From: Lama guanicoe | Lineage: Eukaryota | Reading direction: 5' to 3' | DNA: 64,000 nt | NCBI GenBank assembly: GCA_013239625.1 | Contig: MU053379.1 | Coordinates: 318,490-382,489 of the forward strand | Shown: positions 51,987 through 64,000 of the stretch, in pieces | Layout: every line of letters starts with the position of its first letter | Position numbering within the stretch: position 1 is the stretch's first letter | The notes under the pieces: generated by a model | What the model was told of the DNA's origin: nothing | Seen by the model: only the letters and a program-made list of their open reading frames with translations | The model's database searches: none | Translations under genes and position numbers: made by a program

Positions 51987-52552
51987 GTGTGGGCAGATTG
52001 CATTTTCCAAAAACAGCCACATCAGTATCTCCTCATATGCTCCTCTTACGTGGAGATTTGGTATTCCTCTCATGGAGAGATAGGGTCTGTGTCCCTCTCC
52101 CTGACGCTGAGTAGGTTCTGTGGCTATAGCGGAAGTGCCACTACACTCCTTACAAGACTAGATCATAAAAGGTGATGAAGCTTCCAGCCGTTCTCTTGGG
52201 ACAATCCTATTGGAATCCAGCTGCCATGCCGTGTGGAAACTCAAACTAGCTCCATCAGAGAAATCACATGAACAGGCCCTGTGTAGGTTCCAGCCAACAG
52301 CCAGTTTCACCATCAGACAAGTGAGCAGAGATCCCTTCAGGTAACTCCAGATAACTCAAGACACACTGCTCTTTCTAGTCTTTCAGCTAAGATGCATGAC
52401 ATCCTAGAACAGACACAAGCCATCTCCACTGTGCCCTGATCAAGTTTTTGAGCTCAGAACCCATGATCATAACAAAAAGGCTGTTTTATTTTGTTGCCAC
52501 TACATTTTAGGGTGGTTTGTTATACAGATAACTGTATAATAGATAATCAGTA
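51987..52552 (+). mobile_element. MaLR LTR (MLT1F/G/H-like)
   Basis: Same architecture as 2187-2733: GATTGCATTTTCCAAAAA...TTTTAGGGTGGTTTGTTATA. Confidence 0.75.
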
Positions 52553-54273
52553 CAGGATGACTGATTTTTCTATCATTTATTATGACTATAATGCCAAGCT
52601 TTCAGGATAATGGAATTCAACTGAGGCTGTTACATATAATTTCTGGATGTTAGAAATCCAGATTTATAGTTTATAGTCTCTGTAGTAAAATAAAAATGAT
52701 AAGTGTGTTTAAAATAAAAAATGAAACAAATTTAAACATTAACCACTGTGTAATGCTAAACACACATCATTGAATAGACATGCAAATAATAATGGAAAAA
52801 GCAACTGTGACTATCAAACTATAATTCAAACTCAGTATATTATAGAACAATAAGGAAATGCCTGGTTATTTTTTAATGACCTACTTAGGGATATTAAAGG
52901 CACACTTACAGCCAAGGCTTAATTTTCAAATGACAAAATACCTACAAACATTTTATTTAAGCAAAATGAAGACAGATAGGTAAACTAACTAGAAATGAAG
53001 TTCATTATTATATCATTTGTTCATGTATGTTATGTTATTCTATTTCTCTATTTTCTCTTCTAATTAATATGGGAAATGGAAAAATGAAAGGGACTTGGGA
53101 AAATTGGTTTAGAGAAATATAAACGTATTTCTAATACATATCAGTTTTCTAGTTTTCACAAAATTTTTCTAATACATATATCAGTTTTTGTGCGTGGATT
53201 TCAGCTCCTCCAAAAATTTAATGAGCTGTTAGCATCCCCAGTTTCAGAAAACTGCAAAAATAAAGGTGGCTCATAAGTATAATAAACACATAACAATGAA
53301 ACAGAGCCAATAAATTATATCTCTACTGTGTTGCAAAGTACCTGTCTTGCGACTCACTAAGTTAGTTCTTTTTTCCTCCTAGATACAAAAGCATGGACCT
53401 CGGGGTAAACAGGCTGAAGAGGGAGGAGGGTGGATTGAGATGTTGGGGTCAGTTTCTCCTTTATTCACTTCTTGCTTTAAAGTTCTAGCACGAGGGATCC
53501 CAGTTCTAAAGAGTCTCTGTGTTCTCCTTATTTATGGTTTTTTAATATTCAATTAATTCTATGGAAACAAATCCTTTCAGCAAATTGGTTCTCTAAAATC
53601 TGCTTGTCTCACAATTTACAAACAAAATATAAAGCTTCTTGAAGTTGCAAATGTTCACAGCCCTTTATGCCACTTTATTACACCTCACTCTGTCAGAGCC
53701 CAAGAGCAAAAGTAACTTTTTTTGTTTATTTACATTTCTGGAAAAGAATTCCCACTTGTTTCCACAACTCATCTTTTTTTGGTCAAAATCAAACCTAAAA
53801 TTTACACATCATGCCTCTCTCTTTATTAAAATCTTGAAATGTATGAAAAATCCTACCTGTTTAAAAAAAAATTAAAAAAGGAGGGGGAATTTCATGGGAC
53901 TCAAAAGAAAAGATATGTTTAGTGGAATTAATTAAATTAAAAAGTGAAATCAAAATAGGGATAAAGAGGAATTCCAGCTGCCAGCCAGGGGCCTTCTCTT
54001 CCAACCAGTTATCAGACAGTAATATGAACCCTGACGTCTAGTGCAAAATCACTTGGGGATGTTTTGAAAACTACCTGCCTGGTTCCACTCACTGGCACAC
54101 AGATTGAATAGGGCTGGGGGCAGGACCCGAGCACTCTCTTCTAGAAAAAGGCTGCGGGAGAGGGAAAGAAACGAATATCACAAATGCCACTTTGCTGAGT
54201 CATACAGTATCATGTGTGGTAGCAGGCATGTAAGAAAACAGAAGGCAAAATCTAGAGATTTAGAGTTCTTACA

Positions 54274-54304
54274 TTTTTTTTCTTTTTCTTTCCTTCCTTT
54301 CTTC

Positions 54305-54355
<51 letters not shown>

Positions 54356-54540
54356 TTTCTTTTTCTTTTCTTTTCTTCTCTTTTCGTCTCTTTTTTCTTC
54401 TCTTCTCTTTTCTTTTCTTTTCTTCTCTTTTTTCTTCCCTTTTCTTCTCTTCTCTTTTCTTTTCTTTTTTCTTCTCTTTTCTTTTCTTTTCTTTTCTTTT
54501 TTCTTCTCTTCTCTTCTCTTCTCTTTTCTTTTCTTTTCTT
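54274..54540. repeat. Polypyrimidine compound microsatellite (CTTT/CTTTT/CTCTT)n
   Basis: 267 bp of C/T with a single G at 54386. Confidence 0.97.
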
Positions 54541-55494
54541 ACGGAATGTTCCCCTCCAAGAAGCTGCCTGCCTTAAAAGCTTGTTTGTTCGGGATATGTG
54601 TGGTCCTGAAGCAAGTCCTGTTTTTGTTTTGTTTTGTTTTTTTCTTACTTTTGTCTCTAAGGCCAGATCCATACTTCTTTGAATCTCAATAATGTAAATT
54701 GTGGATTTAGGTGGATCTTGAGGAGTGACAGGAATGATAAACACTTCTGGGATATTCAGAAGAAGTTGAAGCAGATTAAGTTGACAGAGCATCTCCACTA
54801 AGGAGGCTAAATCTGCAAAGATGGCTAATGAAGGCAAGGTTCCCATTTTGTTTTCAGGAAACAGATAAGTACCCGCTGTTTATTTATGCTTCCCCAAATG
54901 CAGGTGTGTTGAATCTAAATACGAGCGGGTTGGCATTTTCTCCAAACAAGCTGTGCTCTGTGGCTCTTAGAGTCCTAAATACTCAACACATTTACAGGTA
55001 AGGGTCTAACCTGGGCCACTGCTGCCTCTGCTCCAGAACCCTGAGCTTGTGTGATTATGGCCTCGCTTCTCATGGGGTTCTGGCTAAGAAATGTCAACTA
55101 TTTAATGGTGTGTTGAAGAGGTAGAAGCCAGTGGAAGAGGAGGTTGAGTGGTTTGCTTGAAGATGAGGGGTAATTAGAACCCAGCTCTCTCCTGGTAACC
55201 CAGAGAACTTCCCCAGCTGCCATTTGATGCTGGCTTTTCTTGTGTGTGTATGTTCATGTGAATACATATATGCCTCAGCGGATTCCACATATGTTCTTGT
55301 GCATGTTAATAACAGTGTTTCACCACAGAAGGAGTGAGAGATGGGGCACTCAATTTGAAGTGGCATGTTTGTTTATAAAGAATGTCTGTGATTTCCAATC
55401 CAGTGAGTGAAGGAATTATGGATAACTGATTGACATTTCTCAAAAATGAAGCATGAGAGACTGATATCAGCTATTAGAATTCCCCATGGGAAGG

Positions 55495-55690
55495 AAGGTT
55501 AAGAACTTGGCATCTGGAATCAGATTGTTTAGATTCCAATCCTATCTCCATGATGTAAATTCTCTGTGCCTCAGTGTCCCCACCTGCAAAATGGGATTGT
55601 TTGGGGTTAGTCAATGAGTTAATACCTGTGAAGTGCTGAAAATAATACCTGGTTTCAATACATATAAGGTAGAAAATAAGATATGTCAGC
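55495..55690 (+). mobile_element. MIR SINE
   Basis: CTCTGTGCCTCAGTGTCCCCACCTGCAAAATGGG...AATGAGTTAATACCTGTGAAGTGCT. Confidence 0.7.
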
Positions 55691-55903
55691 ACTAAAGAAC
55701 TGACTAGGCTACACTGGTTTTCTTTCTATGTTGTTCCAAGGAGGCTGTTTCTTCCATTTTGGTAACAGAACTTTGAGCTTTGTTTTCTGAGATGCAACTA
55801 AGATGCATCCCTTCATTCTTTTCTCACTGCCGTCACCCTGAGAGCAGGGTTTCCTCAGGCAAAGTTAGTGCAGCAACTCAGTTGCTCTCTCTGGTCTCTG
55901 TGT

Positions 55904-56088
55904 GCTGTCCTGGATCTCCCATTGGCTGTTCCAAATCTTCCAATGGCCATCCTAAGTCTTCCACTGGCTGATCCAGATTCCCACTGGCCATCCCAGATCT
56001 TCCTTCCATTGGCCATCCCAGATCTTCCATTGGCCATCCTAGGTCTTCCACTGGCTGTTCCAGATCTTCCATTGGCTGTCCCAGATCC
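55904..56088. repeat. 21-bp minisatellite, about 9 copies
   Basis: Consensus near A(T/C)TGGC(TG/CA)TCCCAGATCTTCC; units start at 55921, 55942, 55963, 55983, 56008, 56029, 56050, 56071. Confidence 0.92.
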
Positions 56089-56382
56089 TGTTTTGTTCAG
56101 TGTTGCTTTCACTTCACCACGCCCAGCTCAGTACCCACTACCTGCCACACCAAGCCTAAGGCTTCTGCCTGGTTTCCACACCTTCCACAACCCAAACTCT
56201 GCCTGCTGCCCCCAGCCCCAAAGCATCCTCATGTGTGGGTCAGACCCAGGAATATCTCCCTCTTTTGCTATGCCAGTTGACCTCATTGTGGACAGGGTCC
56301 TGTAGGATTTCTATTTTCTGAATGAAGAGAAGAAGGAGTTTCTAAACAGAGGGTGGTAGCTGTGAAAAAAGAAATAAAGGAA

Positions 56383-56824
56383 GCCATTTGCAGCAACATG
56401 GATGGACCTAGACATGATCATACTAAGTGAAGTAAGTCAGAGAGAGACAAATATCATATGATATCACTTACATGTGGAATCTAAAAAAAATGATACAAAT
56501 GAACTTATTTGCAAAACAGAAACAGACATAGAAAACACACTTACGGTTACCAAAGAGGAAGAAGGGGAGGGATAAATTAGGGGTTAGGGATTAGCAGATA
56601 CAAACTACTACATACAAAATAGATAAACAATAAGGTCTTACTGTGTAACACAGGGAACTAAATTCAATATCTCATAATAACCTATAATGAAAAAGAACAT
56701 ATGTGTGTATATATATATATATAACTGAATCACTATGAGGTACACCCGAAACTATCACAACACTGTAAATCAACTATACTTCAATAAAAATTAATAAATT
56801 AATTTAAAAAATTAAAAATTTTTC
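56383..56824 (+). mobile_element. 5'-truncated artiodactyl-type L1 (ORF2 end plus 3'UTR)
   Basis: Encodes PFAATWMDLDMIILSEVSQ; 3'UTR, AATAAA and tail; 18-bp TSD AAAAAAGAAATAAAGGAA at 56365-56382 and 56825-56842. Confidence 0.9.
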
Positions 56825-57579
56825 AAAAAAGAAATAAAGGAAACCATGAATCAGATGAACATTTTGAAGTCAAAAAATGGCAACATTCAAGACTCAAGGA
56901 AGAATGGAAAGCAGCTTAATACTATTAACTCCCTCTGTCTTCACATCAGTGACCTCTCCTCCCTCACTCAGCACCTAGGACATAAGAAGTAATCAATGCA
57001 CATCAATTTATTTATTATGTCACAGGAAAAATCAATGTATTGCAACCCTATGTTCTTTGAAAAAATTATGATTATGTGAGGAAATCATTTTGAGCATAAC
57101 TCTTAATTTTCATGTCTTCTCCTCTACTCTCCGTCCCCATGGTGTTTTTGGCTTTGTTTTTATGTCTACAATGGTATAGTGCACATCCACTGTTTGCACC
57201 CACCCCTTCCTCGGGACCACCTCTCCCGTCCCAGCCTTGTGTTTTAAGGAGCTGCCGCTGGTCACAGAATCCTGTTGCTCTTACTGTAGCTGAGCCACTG
57301 GAATCCTTCTCTGGGATTTTTTCAGAATCTCACCCCAATGCCTGCTCAGGTCTTCTCTCTCCTGGACCACTGTGCAATGTCCAGCTGGATCCCTGCTTCT
57401 CTCCCTCTGCTCCTACCCACCACACACTCTTCTGCTCTCAAAAGCCAGAGGCGCCTTTTCTCCATAACTTTATTCAAACCATGTCAATTCTCTTCTCAGT
57501 TCTCTCTTTTGACCTACCATCCCATTCTGATAAAATTTACTTCTGATAAAAATTCATTTCATTTCCAGCCACTCTCCTC

Positions 57580-57985
57580 TCACTGCCATGCTGTTTCTTG
57601 TACACACCAGACGCACTCCCACCACAGGGCCTTTGCACATGTCATTAACTCTACTTAGAACATGCTTTCCACCAACAATGGTTCACCCTTCCCTTCACTT
57701 AAGTTTCTGCTCAAATGGCACCTTCATAGGAGGTCTTCCCCGAAGTTCTTACACAAAATAACCCTTGCTGTCACTCTGCCCACACACTTTTCTTACTCTT
57801 CTTAACACTTAACGCTACCTGAAATAGATAGTTGTGGGGGGGATTATTTTTTTATCTCCTCCTACTAAAATTTAACCTGTACAAGCAAAGGTACTTTGTC
57901 TATTTTTGTTTCCTGCTGTCTCCCCAGCACTGAAAACAGCATTCCACACAGTAGGTCCTCAATAATTATTAGGTGAATGAATGTT
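57580..57985 (+). mobile_element. L2 3' end
   Basis: CAGGGCCTTTGCACATG...GCTGTCTCCCCAGCAC...GTAGGTCCTCAATAA...TGAATGAATG terminal repeat. Confidence 0.75.
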
Positions 57986-59149
57986 TTACTGAACCATTTC
58001 CTTGCTGAATACTTCTACACTGATGTCTTCGACCAAGTCCTAAGAGCCTTTGAAAGCCCACGTTAATTAAAGTCTTAGGTAATGAATGAATAGGAAAAAA
58101 GCTTCAGAAATAAACTTATCAAACCTTCTTTTTTTAAAGATAAGAACAAGGAACCCAGGGTGGGTTGAATGAAGTGCCCAGGAGCACACACCTATTCATT
58201 GCACAGTTGCTTTTGGCAGAAAATAAAAACCCAAGCTGAAGCTGTTTACCAGCCTCACAAAGGAAGGCACCCATGCTGTGTGTGAGCCTCTCCTGATTTC
58301 AATTACATCTGGGAAGCTCTGAGCAGGAAGCAGGTGCAGCCAGCTGGTTTTGTTTTCTCACAGGCCAAAGCAATGTATGGCCTCGACCTAAGCGTACTTC
58401 CAAAGAAGGGACCGGGGAAGCATAGAACAGAAGGTCTCCCTGTCCCTTCTCATTATCTTTGGCTGCACAAAGGGACTGAATCAATGCCTGTCAAATAAAT
58501 GACTCCCACGCCCCCGGAGCCAGAAGTGGGACAGCACAAGGGAACATGCCCGCGGTGCTTCAGTCCTCACCCCCGGCTTCTCCCTCCCACAAGGAAGCGT
58601 TTCTGTTCCCTCCCCACCTCCACACTGCCATCCACACTCCCAAAAGGATGGCACATCACAATGACAAATGGTTTCCAACTTGTCTGATAACAGAGCTCTT
58701 TTCTCATGGAATCCTGATCAGCATCTCGTAGATTCTTTCCGGTACACTCAGAAATGCTGCCCTGAGAGGACATCGTAAAGCAAGGGGCAGGGCCAGGGGA
58801 CTTTCTGTAGATTGCTTCAAGGTACAGGTGAGAGAACTGAGGTGTGGAGAGGTTTAACATCCGGCCTCAGGATCACCCATCTGGTGACGGCAGTGTGCCC
58901 CAGGTCTTTTCCTCTATACCAGGCTGCCTATCAGATTATGTCAATTTTGGTTTCCGGGGAAGAAGCAAATTCAATTGCATTGTTTTCATGCAATACAAAT
59001 CTTAAGGTGCTCATGCTAGATAATTAAGCACTGCAAAGAGTTTTGTGCTAATTTACTTAATGAAATGCAACATATCCATAATACATATGTGTATGTGTGC
59101 AGTCTTTATACATAAATATTTTATACAATATATAAAATATACATACATA

Positions 59150-59890
59150 CATATATATGAAGCTTCAAATACACAATAAAGCATAATATAACAAACACCA
59201 TGGACCCACCATCCAGCTTAGGATACAAAATATTAAAAATACCGGTGAATCCTCCTATATAACCCTCCCAAAACATTATAGTTTTGAATTTCCTCATTAT
59301 TAGTGAGGTTGAATGTATTTTCATATGTTCATTGACCACTCATGTTTCCTCTTCCAAAAATTGACTGCTCATGTAATTAATTGATTTTTCTATTGGATTG
59401 TTCATCTTTGTAACAGCTCTTTTTATATCCTGAAATTGAATCTTGATCATGTATATTAATTATATGTCAATCAAATACATTGCTATTTTTCCCCAGACTG
59501 TGGCTTGTCTTTAATTTTCATTTTGGCCTACAATGAACATAAGTGTTTTGTCCCAGGATAGCTGAATTTAGCACTTTTTTTTTAAGGTTTGTGATTTTTA
59601 ACTCAGATATCCTCCCCTAGCCCAAGACTATAAAGATACTCTTTTATAGTTTCTTCAAAAAAAATTAATGATTTGCTTTTTTGTCTTTAATCCAGCCTGG
59701 AATTTGTATTTACTCACACTGTGGAGGAAGGACCCAAATTAATTTTTTCATACAGTTAATTATCAGATCACTGCTTACTGAATGTTTCATTCTTTCTCTG
59801 AACACCTTCACTGCCTCCTCTGCCAGTTGTCAAGTTTCCGTGTGGGCACAGACCTGCTTCTGGGTCCTTTCTTTTGTTCCACTGTGTGGT
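59150..59890 (-). mobile_element. Old L1ME-like fragment
   Basis: GAGGTTGAATGTATTTTCATATGTTCATTGACCA...TGTGGCTTGTCTT resembles antisense L1 ORF2 3' region. Confidence 0.6.
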
Positions 59891-60339
59891 CTCCTGAAGC
59901 CATAAAGCCAAAAGCAGATATGTGAATTTCATTTTCCTTTAATAACACAAAACTACTGAAACCTGGTGGTGGGCCCGTAGGACCTCATTATACCATCCCC
60001 TCTACTTTTGTCTATATTTGTTAATTTCCATAATAAAGAGCTGTACAATAACTGGATCTTGGATCTTAGTGGAATACAGACAGCATCGCTGGTTGCAGGT
60101 GCTCATGGGCCATGCTGTTATGGGCACCAAATTTTTACTTTTCATTCCTCTCTGGAAAACACCCTTCTTCCCAACCACCACCCATTCTTCTGGCCAACAA
60201 CACTCATGCTTGATGATTTACCCTCTGGAAGCATTTGTTGATCACTTCAGGGCAAACTGTTTGAGGGGACTGGTCGATGCCACCTTCCAGCACAGCTCTT
60301 ACCCCAGTGCGTCTAGGGTCTTGACTTTTCTATCTGATG

Positions 60340-60462
60340 TTGCCGTTACACTGAGCTCCCTGAGAGCAGGAACCATGTCATGTTTATTTCTGTTTCTCTA
60401 CAATCGAGCAAACTGCAGATATCAGATACCCAATGATCACTAAGTAAATGAACAAATGAATG
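60340..60462 (+). mobile_element. L2 3' end fragment
   Basis: TGAGCTCCCTGAGAGCAGGAACCATGTC...AATGAACAAATGAATG. Confidence 0.6.
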
Positions 60463-62274
60463 TTCGAGTATTCTTTTAGCACTAATGGTAAGCAATAGGA
60501 AAGAAATGGGGGAGATAAGCAGGGTTCTGACTCACTGTTTGGCCCTTAGAGTGTAATTGGTGCTGGGATGACTCCAAATGCTAAGGCCCAGACTCCATCA
60601 GCAGAAGGGATGGGAAAAGCCCATCCTAAAAAGCAGGCGATGTCCATGAGCATCAGCAGAGTGTGTGACCTAATGCACATGAAAGCATCTTGCAAGCATA
60701 AAAGCCCTACCCTTCCACACAAAGTGGCGTGATTGTGATTATCAGTAGTGCCTGTAACTCTCATGCTATTCCTGATTGTCTCTTGCACTTCTGAAACAAT
60801 GGCTTTTAAGAAATCCAAGCTGTATGTGAAAAAATCATCAAGATCATTTTCTTAAAATGCTAAGAACGAGTGCAGGTTCGACCAACAAAGCAGACAGCAC
60901 AATTTGGCAAAGAGCTCACAGGTAACATGACCTGCCTACCTCAATGACAGTTTGAAATGCACTTGGGAAAAACAAAACCCTTTACCAGCAGAACCAATTA
61001 ATTGTCAAAGCGCAGGGATGGTGTCTGTTTTGAGTGGTGTAATGTTTTCTTTTTGTTTCCAGGATCAAGCACAAGTGTTTTCATGTGGCTGCTAAGAGCT
61101 GTTTCCATCGACAGAGGAAAAAGCTTCCACTGGATAAAAGACACTCCACCGCCTCCTATCACAGAATAAACCCTTTACTTTTCTTTGATTTTTCTTTTAT
61201 TTCTCCAAAGGAGGAGCAGGAAGCTGTTTCTAAGGGGGGAAAGAGGACAGCCTATGATCTTAATAATTAAATACCAGAAAGTAATGGTTGTCTTCAGTTT
61301 AGAATCTGGAGCCCAGAAAGATGACCGAACTGGACACAAGGTCATGACTTGTCCCGTGAGTTGCAAGATTTCCTGACTTCAGATCAAGTGATCGCTCCCC
61401 TCCTCTGTGGATTTGTTCTTAATTAATCTGCATTATATCCCAACTAGGACGAATCAAGCAGACAATATGTAATGCCTTTTTGGAAACAGAAACAAACTTG
61501 GGCAACTTGGTAATTGGACTGCAGATGAAATCGGTGAGGAATTAAGGAAAGGTACCAGGCATTCTGGCTCTGGGTAACCCTGCTTCAGATGGTGTTGCCT
61601 CAGAAGCTTTAGACTAAAATTTCTGCCCAGAATCTGAAAAATGCCTTGCTCTAACTACTTAGCACAGTGTGAGACTATAAGAAGGCAGTGAGGTGTGGCA
61701 CGTGGTTTGATAAAAATTAGTAAAAATGGTGCCAGAGAGAGAGAGAAAAACAAAAACAGATGTGTAAGCATGTATAATCAGAAAGGCATTATGTACATAA
61801 TCCTAGCAGCATTATTCAATGGCTTATTCCATTTCAGAAATCATGTTGGTAGATGAGCTAATTGCAAATTTGTTAACCGTTCATAACCAGCAATTTCTGC
61901 TAAGTGACAATGAACTGTCACAGTCGAAAGGATTCCAGACCCTAGTGTGACATAATTTCATAGCCTGCTTCCTGTCTTCACCCAGAAATCATATCCCCCC
62001 GTTTCCCACCTACGGCACAGGCATAGTTGTGGAAGGACAGAGAGCAAGCAACGGACTGTCAGTTCGGACACCAAAAAAAAGTGAGACAGATGCCTGTATG
62101 TTTCAAGCCCAAAGATCTTCTCCGATGCCCAGGCTTCTGCAAGAAGACCTACGTTGTTCTAGGATCTATTCCATTCTCCCCTCCTTTTATGTAAACACTG
62201 TCCTTTGAAAGTGGAAAAACTAGAGGAATGGGTAAAAATTGTTTTCACCAATGACTTCTTCTGTCTCTTAGTAC

Positions 62275-62440
62275 CTCACTTCTCAAAGTTGTGGTTGATG
62301 GACCAGCAGCATCTGCATCACCTGGGAGCACGTTAGACACGCATTATTTCAGTCCCTGCCCCAGACCTGTTGTGTCCGGATCTGCATTTCAAGAGGAGTT
62401 TCATACCAGGTGGATATAATGCACTTTAAAATCTAGAGCA
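62275..62440. mobile_element. MER5A-like hAT-Charlie non-autonomous DNA transposon
   Basis: TTCTCAAAGTTGTGG...GACCAGCAGCATCTGCATCACCTGGGAGC...CCCCAGACCT...ATCTGCATTT. Confidence 0.75.
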
Positions 62441-63614
62441 AAGGGCTTCAACTTTTTCAAGGGGAACAAACAAGTATCTTTTGTGATTTGAGATCATACA
62501 GGCTTAGAGCCTTAGATGAAATAACTCACAAACCTGGGATTTTGACTTTCAGGAGATCTGCTAATCCCCAAAGTGTACTTGGAGGTTAACCCATCTGTTT
62601 TGCAGTTTCATGTCACAGTTACTGCAGTGACTGTGAAAACTGTCAGTAGTTCCTCTCCTATCCAACGTGTAGGAATTCTGCTACTCTCTGTCAGCTCTCA
62701 CAATACATGGTTCCAAGTGAGATAATTCATTGGTTTTCCATGTGACACAAAGTACATTTTGTCAGTTAATTCCTTGATATCCTCATTCTTTGTTAGGCAG
62801 TCTCCTCATGGAACTAGAGTCTGCTTACATCTCCGTGTGTACCCCAACCCTTCTTACATACGTGGTCATTGGCAATTTTACATTGTTGATTTCAGATTAG
62901 TTTGTTCATATGAATGTGGTTTTCATTTCACTCCAACACTTGCCATTACAGTTGGTCGCTAGTTCATTGCTGGTGCACTCACTGTCACAACGATCAGTCA
63001 CTATTTATCAAGCGCCAACTAGGTGCCATTGCTCAGCACCACACACGTATTATCTCTAATCCTCCATGCAAAACAGCACGTGGTATTTCCTCCATATACA
63101 AATGAAAAAAAATAGTCTCAGAAAGCTTAAATTATTTGCCCAAAGTCATTGGCATCATTGACAGCAAGTCAATGATGACATCACAATGAAAACACAGGTG
63201 CACGTGGGTCTAAAGGGGCATCTTTGCATTGCCTCACACATCCCTACTAGTCTTAGGCAAATTAGATCGTTGCAATCGCAAGTTTGCATGTGCATAACAA
63301 TGTTATTGATCCCTCCTAGGTGTTACAAGCATTGATTTCACATTATGTGATATGTGATATGCATATATTTCATTTTGGAAAGGAGTGTTGAAAAATGAAC
63401 TCATGTTCCAGTCAGGTTTCTTATGGTTGCAAGAAGGAAAAATTCAAACTAGCTTAAATAAAAAATAAGTGAAAAAGTCTAAGGAACTCACTTGGGCCTG
63501 GAGGGACTGAAGCAAGGAACCCAGAAGACACAAACAGCTGGAGCCAGGAACCACAAACATCCCTGGGAGCCATGGGATCATCTCTACCTTGAGTCTTCCC
63601 ACCCCAGCTTCTTC

Positions 63615-64000
63615 TGATTAGGGGACTGAGGTGGGAAGCCCCATAAAAAAGACTGGCAGGACCCCCAGCCAGGCAGGGCCACTACTCTCCTGCCAGCACC
63701 ATCCAGTTCCCTGGCCCAGAGGCTCTATCTCACTTTCTTGCCTCTGAAACGGCTTACTTCTAGGAAAGTAGGAACTTACCCCTAAAATTCTATTGGTTCC
63801 TGGAGCTAACTCCTGATTGGTCCACTTGTAGTACTTCATTTGCATTGAGCTCACTTCTGATTGGTTATTTCCCTCACTCCTGATTGGTTATTTCTCTCCC
63901 TCCTGATTGGTCCATTTCTACAAAGCTTGTTGTTTGTACTTTTGTTATACCTTATTTGCATATGATGTTACAAAGTGTAAACTGGCAGCCTAGAAAAGCC
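63615..64000 (+). mobile_element. Probable ERV LTR U3 region, cut by the window edge
   Basis: Repeated CTGATTGGT units, two ATTTGCAT octamers and TATA-like CTAGAAAAGCC at the edge. Confidence 0.55.

Noticed and set aside
53126..53190. Local duplication TTTCTAATACATA(TA)TCAGTTTT
   Set aside because: Short AT-rich slippage-type duplication with no sign of function
54104..54846. 192-aa Phe/Ser/Leu-rich and 222-aa Lys/Arg/Glu-rich ORFs
   Set aside because: Products of the stop-free polypyrimidine microsatellite
55904..56088. CRISPR-like array
   Set aside because: Head-to-tail units with no unique spacers, mammalian context, no cas genes
1..64000. Host protein-coding gene or novel multi-gene system
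   Set aside because: No non-L1 ORF shows a recognisable domain or a consistent exon chain; small exons cannot be excluded without alignment

Overview
Mammalian genomic DNA, most likely camelid (alpaca/camel), inferred from three copies of a tRNA-derived SINE resembling camelid Vic-1 and the absence of recognisable Alu, B1/B2, Can-SINE, PRE1 or Bov-tA/BovB. I recognise no host protein-coding exon, so the window looks intergenic or deep intronic. The dominant feature is a full-length (~7.2 kb), apparently intact LINE-1 on the minus strand (17947-25142). It has open ORF1 (300 aa) and ORF2 (1265 aa), a CpG-rich ~1.75 kb 5'UTR, a poly(A) tail and a perfect 12-bp target-site duplication, and it sits inside an older L1 that also carries other nested insertions. 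The rest is ancient repeat debris (L1M, L2, MIR, MLT1/MLT2, LTR16/33-like, MER5), simple repeats, a 21-bp minisatellite and a CCAAT/octamer-rich LTR-like segment at the right edge. Subfamily names come from recalled consensus features, not a database search, and old-repeat boundaries are approximate. The best candidate for something undescribed is an ORF0-like antisense module in the L1 5'UTR (YY1 and GC boxes, strong-Kozak ATG, 99-codon ORF); this is a hypothesis only.
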